A stretch of DNA of 63,683 nucleotides, counting the filler, from Chrysochromulina tobinii (lineage: Eukaryota): NCBI GenBank assembly GCA_001275005.1. It is 5 parts of 5 records of this genome, joined end to end, with 100 filler letters (N's around TTAATTAATTAA, not from the genome) between each part and the next. Parts side by side here need not be neighbours in the genome. Positions count along the whole stretch, not along the records: positions 1 to 18,940 come from JWZX01001014.1; positions 19,041 to 43,013 come from JWZX01001015.1; 3 more parts are not named here. The stretch is one strand, 5' to 3'. Within the stretch, counting starts at the first letter, position 1; each line of letters starts with the position of its first letter. Below the pieces are notes generated by a model. It saw nothing but the letters and a program-made list of their open reading frames with translations, was not told the DNA's origin and did not search any database. The position numbers and the translations under genes were made by a program. Below are positions 12,101 through 21,118 of this stretch, piece after piece.

Positions 12101-15100
12101 GAGCTCCTCCGGCCGGCAGTTGCGCAGCGAGAGCAGCAAGTGCGCGTGCAATGTGCACATGCGGCGTGCACGCTCGTCCACCTCGTCATCCTCCTGATCG
12201 GCATCCTGACGCACAAGCTTGTGATACCAGCGGAGCAGAATGGAGCGCAGCTCACCCCACAGGAGCTTGTGGAGCTCAGTGCGGAATTCGTCTAGGTACG
12301 CGCCCACGCCAGGCCCCAGCTCGAGCCCGCGGAATGGCTTGCCCCGGATCGAGTCGTGCTCGCCGCGCTCGTAGCTGAGCACAAAGGAGACGAAGTTGTC
12401 CACGCGTGAGCACAGGCGCACCACGTACAGGATGATGGGGGTCGTCGAGTTCTCAAATCTCCCGGTGTCGAGATCGACGGCCTGTCGGCCAAGGCTGAGC
12501 ACCGACTCGCACAGCGTCTTTGGCGAGCGGCACAGCTCGTTGAGCAGCAGGTGGTGCGCCGTGCCGAGCAGCTTGGGCGCCGAGGTGGGCACCTCGCGAG
12601 GTTCGAGCCCCGCCGACTCGAGGGGGAGGTGAGCGCCCGGCTGGAAGAGCGCCGCGTCGAGCAGCTTCTGCAGCTTGAGCATCGCGAGCGCGTGGATGCG
12701 GTCGTCGGTCGCAAAAAAGGCGGCGATGAGCGGGATGCGAAGGTACGGCACCGTCAGGTAGCTCAGCAGCAGCTCGGCATCGTGCTGGCCGAGCGCGCGC
12801 CCGGACGAGGCGGTCGCGTCCTCGCCAAAATCGGGCAGGTCGATGATGTGAAGGATGTCGTCCTCACCATGCGCTTGCACGGGGCGCGTGTAGTAGCTTG
12901 GTGCGCCGAGATCGGGGAATCGATGCTCGGGCGGCGCGGCGCCGTCGCGCGCGAGCGGCTGTGCGATGAGCGGCGGAGACTGTGGGTTTTGCTGGAAGGC
13001 GATCATAAAGAAGCGACCGTTTTGGAAGATGAACCGGAGCTCGGCTGAGCGCTGCACCCACTCCGTCCGCGGCGGGAAGGCAAGCTTGTCCGGATTGAGG
13101 AAGAATTTGCAGTAGAAGACCACGTCACGGAAGCACCGAAACTCTGGGAAGTTCTTCATCATGAGCGCGCTGGGGTCGGTCATGTAGTCCACCGTATGCT
13201 TCGCGTCCGAGGGCCACGCGAGGTCGCGCGCGATGCGCTGGATGAATCTCGCCGTCTCGAGCTCGAGCCCCTGGCTGCGCTCCCACATCCAAATTGCGGC
13301 GAGCGCCTTCTGGGCCCCGAAGTAGTCGAGCACCCTCGTGCGTGTGCAGTTGAGCTCGGCCGTGTGGACGGGCATCGTGACGAGCTGCTCGACGAGGGCC
13401 GCCGTGCCGAACGTGAAGCCCCCAGGCCGCTTGGCCGAGCCTTGCTTGTCACCGCGCAGGTGCACCGAGACGCGCGAGGGCTTGTCGGTGGCCAGCTGGC
13501 GCATGACCACGTCGGCCACGCATGCGATGGCCGCGGGTACGACCATCCGAACTGCATCGAAGCTCATGGTGTGATCGAGCGAGAAGGCCGCCGCCGCAAA
13601 GTGCTCGCAAATCCGTTGGAGCAGGAGAAGAAGTTCGAGCTGCTGGGCGTGCAGCATCGGGGTGCGCCACACGCAGGTGCGTTCGGCCTCCTTGCCGTCC
13701 GGCAAGGGCATGGGCAGCAGCGCCGTGAACGTGTGCTGCACAAGCGCGGCGATCAGGAACGTCGTGTTGAGCACGGAATGCGACTGGACCATCGAGAGCG
13801 TGCAGAGCGCGTCGCACTCGACGAGCACTGCCACGCACTCGGCAAAGGCCCGCGAGCGAAGCGCCTCCGGATCGGCCGCGCACGGCGTGACGGCTTGCGG
13901 CTGCGACAGAAAGTCGATCGGTTTGTACTTGGGTAGGTCGTACGGCGAGCCCGGGTCGACTTCGTCGGGCCGTTGCAGCCGCTCGTACAGCGGCTGGTGG
14001 TGCGGCGTCTCGGGTGGCGGCTTGCTCGTGTCGCGCCACGGGAAGCGCCGCTCATGGCGCAAGAGCAGCTCGAGGCCCTCTGTCGAGATGACATTCCCCT
14101 TGGAGGTCATCAGCACGAGTGACGGGATTCCGCGCACCTGGAAAAGCTCGCTGAGGCGAGCACGCTGCAGCCCCGCCTCAAACGGCATCGCCGGGAAGGG
14201 CATGTGGCCTCGGTACTCGTCGAAGGAGGCCGCATCCTTATCACTCGAGACGAAGACGAGCTGCAGCCTCTTGCCCTGTGCATGCAGCCGTTTGTACACC
14301 TTGGCGAGCTCGGGCGTCGTCTTGCGGCACGGAGGGCACCACGAGGCGCTGAAGTAGAGCCCAATCACCTCTGCGCCCGAAAGCGCTGCGTCCGTTGAGA
14401 GCCAACCCCCCGCCCCACCGGAAGCCAAAGGGGCCGCCGCCGCCGCCGCCGCCGCCGTCGCCGCCGCCGCCGCCGCCGCTTCCGCCATGGGCATCGAGCA
14501 GCCGTCGGGGCCGCAATCACCGGTGGAGGGCACGCTTGGCATGGAGGAGGTGGTGGTGGTGCCAGCCGCGGCCACAGGCGAGGCCAGCAGCACCTCGCCA
14601 AGCAGTGCCTTCATCGACGGGCGCAAGAGCATGCGGTCCGCCTCGCACAGCACGAGCGGCGGCGGCGGGGGCGTTTCGTCCGGTCGCGTGCCATTGAGTT
14701 GCTCGAGTTTCATCTGGATGAGAAGGCAGTGATGGCGCAAGCTGGTGAGGCGCGCCGCTGTGAAGCTTGAGCCCTCGAGCTTGCCTAATTTGACGGCCTT
14801 GTACGCCGTCTGCCGGCAAGCGATGGTGAGGATCCGACGTTGCGCAGCACTAACCGACGACACGAAGCCCAGATCATGCTGCGCCAGCTTGAGCATCTGG
14901 AGCCGCACGAGCAGCGAGATCTCCTTGTACTCCGGCCGGCCGATGCCGTCGCGCCGGAGAAGGTACTCGAAGGCGTGGCGCACCACGCCATAGTGGCCGC
15001 TATTCGAGCGGCGCACCGTGCGAAACGGCGCATCGTCCTGAGCGTCCACCTCGGCGCCCGTGGCGAGCAGCTCGGCGCGCCGTTCCGCCTCCGAGGCAGC

Positions 15101-17038
15101 CATCGCCACGCCGAGCGAGCTGTTGCACACGAACGAGAGGAGCACTTCATAGAAGAGGGCGAGAGGACTCTTGCGCGCTCGCTCCTTCCAAGGGAGCGTC
15201 ATCGTCGTGTACAGGAACGACCAGAACGCTCCGTCGAGCACCCGCGACATGGGCACGCGGCGTAGCTCGAGGGCCGTGCGGAAGCGCATCTTGGGCGGGC
15301 GAGCCTGTGCGCGGTGATGGTTGAGCCCAGCCACGTCGGCGGAGAGCACAGTGAAGGTGCATGTGTCGCCCGCCTCTGTGGAGAGTGCTCGGCTGATGCA
15401 CACGAGCAGGTTGACGCGAGTCTCCTTCGCCGCCTCGAGAGTGGCGGGGAAGAGCTTCGACTCGCCCGGCTCGAGCTTGCGCACGTCCTCGATGGCTGCC
15501 TGCAAGAAGAGACGCTCTTGCCCGTTGCCCGAGATGGCGTGTGCCAGCTTGAACGCGAGCGAGCGGCAATCCTTGAGAAGGGCCGTCGCTCGGTTCAGGG
15601 CCTGCTTGCTCTTATGGGGCAGCTCGTGTGCGGAGGCGACGCCGTCCCGACCCACCAGGTTACCGAGCACCAGGAGGAAGACGTCGAGAGACACGTGCAG
15701 CGCGGACCCCTCGAGGCTCGTGCCGCCGATGAATGAATCGCCAAACTCGGCGCCAAAGGCCGGATGGAGCCAAGCAGGTGGTGGGCGCGGGTAGAGGGCC
15801 TGCAGGGAGAGCTGTTGCGAGCGCGCAGCCTCGACCTCCTTCTTCATCTCGGCGGCCTCCGAGCGCGCGCGCAGCCCGTGCAGCTTCGCGCGGATCTTCT
15901 CGAGGTCGAGGCACTCGTTGGTGATGTGCAGGTACTTGAGCGCGAGCGACCGGGGCTCCTCGGTGCCCTCGGCCGCCTCATCCCTCGCGAAGAGAGCCAG
16001 ATTCTGAGGCTCGATGCACATCACTTCCTTGAGTAGGAGCTCCTTGCGCCGCATGCCCTCGTCCTGGCCGCCCTCGCCGCTCTCGGCTCCGCCGCCTCCT
16101 CCTTTCTTCCCGCCGCCAAAGGGATTCGAAACGGACTGCCCCGGCTTGCCCTCCTTGCTCGACGTGACCTGCTTCGGGTCCTTTAAGGTCACGTCGGCGC
16201 ACAGGGAGCCGTCCACGTACGTCCTGAGCGAGCCCTTCTTGCGCGTGATGGTGATCCACGCCCAGCGCCCGCGCTTGATCGAGGCCTCGGAGCTGCCCAT
16301 CGTGCCGAGCGCGCCGACGCCTCCATTCTTGTAGATCTGCACGTACTCGACTTTCTCGCCTTGAGAGGGCGGTAGAGAACCGCTGAAGAGGCGCATGGGT
16401 TGTAGCTGCTCCCTGCGCCGATCGTCGTCCTCGTCGTCTTCGTGGGGCTCGCCGACGCGGATGGCGAAGAAGATGGTGTACGAGTGCAGCCGACCGTCCT
16501 CCTCCAGGAGCCACGGCGTGCATGGGATCACTGCCTTCAAGTACCCCGCCTCAGGGAGCGCGAGGGCCACCGTGCCATCCTCCTGCTTCTCAAAACGTGG
16601 CTCGCCGCCGCCAACGAGCTCGAGGCCGCGCGGCAGCTCGGTCGTCTCGGGGGGCAGTGTGCGGAAGTCGGCGGTCAGGCTCGCCTCCTGCGACCAAGTG
16701 CCCGCCCGGGACAGTGGGCCCACGAGGGAGCCCTCACGCCGCGCCGCTCTCCGGCCTACCGCGAGGGCGGGCGGCTCATTGAGGTCCACAGATGCTTTGT
16801 CGAGCTCGTCGTCCGAACTCCATATTGACAGGGCGTCTATCTGGTCGATGTCGAGCCCGAGCCCGAAGCCGCCAAACTTGACAGCCTTGGCCTTGGATTG
16901 CTCCTTCGTGTACGCCTTGGTCACCAGGAGTTCGTCGAACGGTTTCTCCTCCTCCGGTGCGCTGGCCGCGTATTGCTTGGTGCCTTGTTGTTGCTTTCCG
17001 CCGCGGTCTGTTTGATATTTGCGACCAGTGCGGGCCAT
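104..17038 (-). CDS. Giant DUF3638/DUF3645 P-loop (SF2-like) ATPase with LamG-like, nucleoredoxin-like and UBA-like domains. About 5,580 aa visible; the 3' end runs off the window.
   Basis: Exons 17038-11318, 11237-4667 (one extra base near GGG 8651-8653) and 4564-104 (1487 codons; absent from the ORF track because the frame has no stop before the window edge). Motifs: YFSASWCPPC (WCPPC at 14327-14341), QMIMGGGKTT (~7190-7220), IMDEVD (~6797), AIPFLGKDVPSNASEFAHPD (~5620-5680), GFSGT, DTGALI, FYDQIHTTGMDI. Splicing restores DLAQ|GAFRMRG. An acidic ETEAEKEKENEKEVE run ends at a GT donor at 103. Start codon is uncertain. Confidence 0.85.
4565..4666 (-). other. GT-AG intron whose last 24 nt duplicate the end of the upstream exon
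   Basis: Begins GTGAGG and ends CGCAG. 4565-4588 matches exon 4667-4690 at 23/24. Removal restores the QGAFRMR motif. Confidence 0.9.
11238..11317 (-). other. GT-AG intron whose last 18 nt duplicate the end of the upstream exon
   Basis: Begins GTGAGC and ends CTGCAG. 11238-11255 matches 11318-11335 at 17/18. Interior is (CTGATTGCACT)n. Joins LQIFLQ|DPPLP. Confidence 0.9.
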
Positions 17039-17170
17039 TTGTTCCCCGTCGGAGGGGATGGCAAATCACAACGAGCACCGCGCGGGGTCGCTTCTTTCCG
17101 CCGCGGTCTGGTTGATTGCGGCCGCGGACCTCGCGGGTCCCCGTCGGGGAAAGGCAAATCACAAGCGCTT
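16990..17170. repeat. Imperfect tandem duplication of ~95-100 bp overlapping the putative start codon
   Basis: CTTTCCGCCGCGGTCTG at ~16995 and ~17095. CCCCGTCGG at ~17044 and ~17139. GGCAAATCACAA at ~17060 and ~17153. Confidence 0.7.
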
Positions 17171-17177
17171 TTCCGAG

Positions 17178-17217
17178 GTCAAGTCAAGTCAAGTCAAGTC
17201 AAGTCAAGTCAAGTCAA
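17178..17217. repeat. (GTCAA)8 microsatellite
   Basis: Direct reading. Confidence 0.95.
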
Positions 17218-17394
17218 GGCGGTTGTCGAGTCCCGAGCACCGCCCCGAGGGGCGAACCAGGCACATACCACCTTCCCCCACCGCACTTCAGGGGTTTGAC
17301 CAATTCTCTGCAAGAAATGCTAAATATATTGTTTTAGAATGCTACATCAGAATAATTCCTGTTGCGAGAGGAATTTCGTCAGCGTCTCGAAAAT

Positions 17395-18243
17395 ATGGCC
17401 GCTACGCTACAGGTCTCATGTCGCCTCGGCCTTCCACGAGCTCGCTCGAAAAACCTCAAACCGTTGGACCTCAAACCGCTGGACGAAGCGATAGCTTCTC
17501 AGCCCTACAGCGCAAAAGGAAAAGGCGTATCTCAGAATGCTGCACATTCACCGGGCGCCGCCCAGATCAAAGAGGAACGTAAGGACGTCATTCTGCGCGA
17601 GTTCCAGGAGGAGATCCAGCGGCTGAAGGGCCAGCTGGCTGCGGGCGCCTGCGGCAGCAGATGCAGCAGTGGTGCAGAGCTGGCGGCGATGCAAAATGTG
17701 CTGTCACCGACTGGGAGTTCGCCTGAACCTGAGGAGGAAAGTCCGAAAAGGTTAATCATCATGTTCGTCAGTGCGGCACCCACATCCGCCCATATTCTGA
17801 GGCCTAGAGCACGGCGTCCAGTAGAGAAGCTGCCGAGCATGGGGACGACTCGCCCTAACTGCACGCCAAGGTCGCCAAAGCCGTCGCCAAAGTTGGCAAC
17901 ATCTAGCGACGACGCAGGCAGTTTCGTCTTGAGCAGTTCGAGATCGCCGGCGAGTAGCTTCAGGCCAGGCAGCTCGGCGCCGTCGACCGCCTCCCCGAAG
18001 ATAAGCTTGCAATCGCCCGCCAGCAGCTTCAGCTCGAGCCTTCGATCGCCGGAATCTCGCGAATCTCGGCTAGCCGTTACCGCTGCCGCCTCTGCCGCGA
18101 CACCCGCCGCGGGCAGCTTCTCCTTAGGCGCGGGCGCGGGCGCTCCCGTCGCCTCGCCACTCGGCGGTGCACGGGCGACGCCCGCTGCCGCCGGCAGCTT
18201 CAGGCTCGGAGCGGAGAGAACGCGGAGGCGGAAGCTCGGATGA
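17395..18243 (+). CDS. Hypothetical Ser/Pro-rich protein with a kinesin-neck-like coil and a basic tail
   Basis: Open frame. KDVILREFQEEIQRLKGQL resembles the kinesin-2 neck. Repeated GSFxL words. Ends RTRRRKLG. Confidence 0.4.
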   Translation: MAATLQVSCRLGLPRARSKNLKPLDLKPLDEAIASQPYSAKGKGVSQNAAHSPGAAQIKEERKDVILREFQEEIQRLKGQLAAGACGSRCSSGAELAAMQNVLSPTGSSPEPEEESPKRLIIMFVSAAPTSAHILRPRARRPVEKLPSMGTTRPNCTPRSPKPSPKLATSSDDAGSFVLSSSRSPASSFRPGSSAPSTASPKISLQSPASSFSSSLRSPESRESRLAVTAAASAATPAAGSFSLGAGAGAPVASPLGGARATPAAAGSFRLGAERTRRRKLG

Positions 18244-18450
18244 CAGTGAGCGGATGGATTTGTGCGCCTGGAGAATGTTCCTCTGCATCTCGTCGTCCTC
18301 GCAGATGAGCACCTTGTACACCATGGGCGTGATGCTCGTCCGCCCCAATCGCTCCGCAGCCTCATCCGACGCCACGAACGCGGGTCGCTCAGGCGGTGGA
18401 GGCGGAGCGTGTGGCGGCGAACATCGATGAGGCGGAGCGTCAGATGGGGA

Positions 18451-18660
18451 GAGGCTACAAGGGAGGCTTCAGGCTACAAGAGCGTACAAACAAAAGAGAG
18501 GCTTCAGGCTACAAGAGCGTACAAACAAAAGACAGGCTACAACGGTCAGGTGGCTACACGAGCGTACCACAAAAGAGAGGCTACAACGGGAGGCTACAAG
18601 AGCGTACAAACAAAAAGGGTGTACAACAAAAACGTTAGAGCAGTGACGACAAAAACGTAT
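18451..18660. repeat. Degenerate tandem repeat, core GGCTACAAGAGCGTACAAACAAAA
   Basis: About 4-5 copies with 35-50 bp spacing. Strongly T-poor on the + strand. Confidence 0.85.
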
Positions 18661-18940
18661 GTACGGATGGGGCTGAGTTGAGCAGCCCATAGGGCATACC
18701 CGTACAGTACCGGAGTCCCGTGGACGATGCCTTGCGGCCCTTGCGCATGCCATTAGCCATGCCGGTGCTCGGACTACCTACTTCGCGTCGTACTTTTGGT
18801 TTTGCCAACCGGGTTTTCGGTTGCTTTGGGGGTTTCTTCTGCTTCAGATTGGGTCTTCTCGCCGAGGAGCGAGTTAACAGTGAAGGGCGGTTGGGCTGGG
18901 GTGAAGGTAACCCCGGCGAGTGAGGTATCAGAGCGGGCGA

Positions 18941-19040
18941 NNNNNNNNNNNNNNNNNNNNNNNNNNNNNNNNNNNNNNNNNNNNTTAATTAATTAANNNN
19001 NNNNNNNNNNNNNNNNNNNNNNNNNNNNNNNNNNNNNNNN
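18941..19040. other. Artificial contig linker (N44-TTAATTAATTAA-N44)
   Basis: Six-frame stop spacer inside Ns. Confidence 0.98.
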
Positions 19041-19313
19041 CGACAGCACGGGCTGAACGGGAAAGGACGCGTCCTTTCCCATGGGAAAACGGACCAAAAA
19101 ACCCTGAAGTTCTCAGGGCGCCTTTAAGGTTGGAGAAAAGAGAGCTTTGGATCAAAGCACATGAAATAGTGATAGGAGCAAGGAGGGCGGAAGAAGAGAG
19201 GCCGAGGCTGAGAGCTTGCCTTTGATTTTGGCATGAACGAAAAAAGAGCCCACGGTTTCATGCCCTCGTTACATTTCGCGGAACCGTCGTACTGGGAACT
19301 TTTATTACCGGGC

Positions 19314-20789
19314 ATGGCGTCCACCTTGGCGTCCACGTACGCGCCCGTGGAAACCCGTCCGGCCGTTCAGGTAGCTTCGAAGACGCTCTCGAAGCATGGG
19401 AAATTCTCGACGACCAACGTGTTCAAGCTCGCCGGCACCGCCGCCGCCGCGCCCGTCGATGGTGTGGTGACCGTTGTCAAGTCCATCGAGGAGGCGGCAT
19501 CGTTGCACATGTGGCAGCAGGGTGACGAGGAGATGTACACGCTGCAGCACGTGCAAGAGCGCTTCTTCAACCGCTTCCACCCCGAGGTTGTGCAGCTCCT
19601 AAGCAGTGTATGGTGGCCCACAGCGCTCCGTGGCTTGCCAATTGAGGGTTGGGATGGCGACACCCTACGAACATGGTCAATGCCGCAGCGCAACCACGCA
19701 TTGATGATCGTCAAGCTGTGTAGGGCGCTGCTCGAGCCGGGCGAGCCTTGGGACGCGGCTGAGGCCGAGCGGTTCGCGTGCACGGCGTGGGAGGAGGACA
19801 CCAAGGGCACCCATGTGCTCAATCGCATCCGGTTTTGTGACTCAATCTTTGAGGTGGCCGACATTTGGACGCTGTCGACAGAGGCAGACGAGTACGTCGC
19901 TTTTTTGCGCAGGCTGATGGACGCGGTGGGCGAGCCACCCCAAGGCTGGAAGTGCAACGAGGACATAGTGAGCGTGCTCGGTGACAGATTTCCGAGCAAG
20001 GCCGAGCGGGCCAAAAGGATACATTCGCACAAGCAGCGGACGGCGAATGTGCAAATCCAGGCGCACGCACGGCGGATGAAGCAGCAGAAGATCTTTAGGA
20101 AGAAGCGGGCATCTGCCATCAAAATCCAGGCCCAGGCGCGCCGAAAGCAGGCGAGCTTCAGCGGAGGCGTGCATGTGCTCGACATGCTGCACGAACAAAA
20201 GACGACGACGATTGCCTTGGCCATGCCCGACCGGCACCACGCGTCGCGCTACTTGCTGCCAAAGCCGCGGCCGCCCACGCGGCTACTGGACCGGCAGAAG
20301 CAAGCGAATATCGGGTTGCGACAGACGCGCAGCTTGCCCTCCTTGGATCGTGCACAGATCGCCTATGAGTCGCCCGAGGGAAGAACTGGGCAAGCCACAA
20401 AGCTCCGTCTCCGACGCGCTCGGACGCCCAAGCTTCATCTTAGTCAGCTGGCTGCTCCAACAGGGCCGCTGGGCGTGATGCGCTATGTGGACCAGGTAGG
20501 CAATCTGCGAGTCGCGCGCAACTTTATGGAGGTGAGCGATTTTGTGAGCCCAAGGCGTCTCGCGCCGCTCCCCGCACTCGACTCGCCAATCGGCGGCATC
20601 CTGGGCGGGTTTGTGAGCCCGCCGACGCGTCTCGTGCCGCTCGCCCCCCAAAGCGCGGCGCCGATAGGTGGCATGCACAGGTCACTTGACGTGCACCGTC
20701 GGTTGATGAGGGAGCCGAAACGCCAGCCGCCATCCACCGCCTTCGGCAGTCTCTACTCCACTATCTTGAAGGGCCAATTCTCTTTTTGA
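19314..20789 (+). CDS. IQ calmodulin-binding motif protein with a degenerate EF-hand-like region
   Basis: Single long ORF (ATG at 19233 or 19314). AWEEDTKG..FCDSIFEVADIWT helix-loop-helix block. Two IQ motifs: VQIQAHARRMKQQK and IKIQAQARRKQA. Confidence 0.7.
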   Translation: MASTLASTYAPVETRPAVQVASKTLSKHGKFSTTNVFKLAGTAAAAPVDGVVTVVKSIEEAASLHMWQQGDEEMYTLQHVQERFFNRFHPEVVQLLSSVWWPTALRGLPIEGWDGDTLRTWSMPQRNHALMIVKLCRALLEPGEPWDAAEAERFACTAWEEDTKGTHVLNRIRFCDSIFEVADIWTLSTEADEYVAFLRRLMDAVGEPPQGWKCNEDIVSVLGDRFPSKAERAKRIHSHKQRTANVQIQAHARRMKQQKIFRKKRASAIKIQAQARRKQASFSGGVHVLDMLHEQKTTTIALAMPDRHHASRYLLPKPRPPTRLLDRQKQANIGLRQTRSLPSLDRAQIAYESPEGRTGQATKLRLRRARTPKLHLSQLAAPTGPLGVMRYVDQVGNLRVARNFMEVSDFVSPRRLAPLPALDSPIGGILGGFVSPPTRLVPLAPQSAAPIGGMHRSLDVHRRLMREPKRQPPSTAFGSLYSTILKGQFSF

Positions 20790-21118
20790 AGTACAGCTGT
20801 GTGTGAAAGGGTACGAGGTTCTAGCTGCTCACGATAGGGGCTCCGTGCACCAGCGTGTCCCCAGACGCTGCATCTTCGACCGACCGAAGGCATGACCGAA
20901 GGCCACACACCGGCCCAAGGCAACGCACGTGTGAGCGCGTGCACTTACTTCTCCCCTTACCGGAGGGTAGATACGGGAGGCTTGGTGAGTTGCGGCTGGT
21001 CCACGACGGCTGGGCCGCGACGAAACTCACGGCGCTTTTTCGTCATTTGCGCGGCGTCTATCGCCGCTCGTCCGCGCCCTCGTCGGTGCGCGCGCGCGCT
21101 TCAGTTCGCTGACAACCA

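Noticed and set aside
14..16830. Numerous long + strand ORFs (e.g. 521-1594, 3740-4897, 5273-6697)
   Set aside because: Antisense shadows of the GC-rich giant - strand gene, with no recognisable motifs.
4643..17038. Three separate genes as given by the ORF track (1914, 884 and 1389 aa)
   Set aside because: Joined by a clean intron at 11238-11317 and a one-base frame break at ~8652. Family motifs continue across the junctions.
18941..19040. TTAATTAATTAA motif as a biological site (also at 43014, 48099, 61150)
   Set aside because: An identical 100-nt N-padded six-frame-stop linker, so artificial. Gene adjacency across it is meaningless.
20855..21118. Stop-codon readthrough or selenocysteine at TGA 21110-21112, in frame with the Ski2 ORF
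   Set aside because: The upstream peptide shows no recognisable conservation and no SECIS was identified. An ATG follows at 21119.
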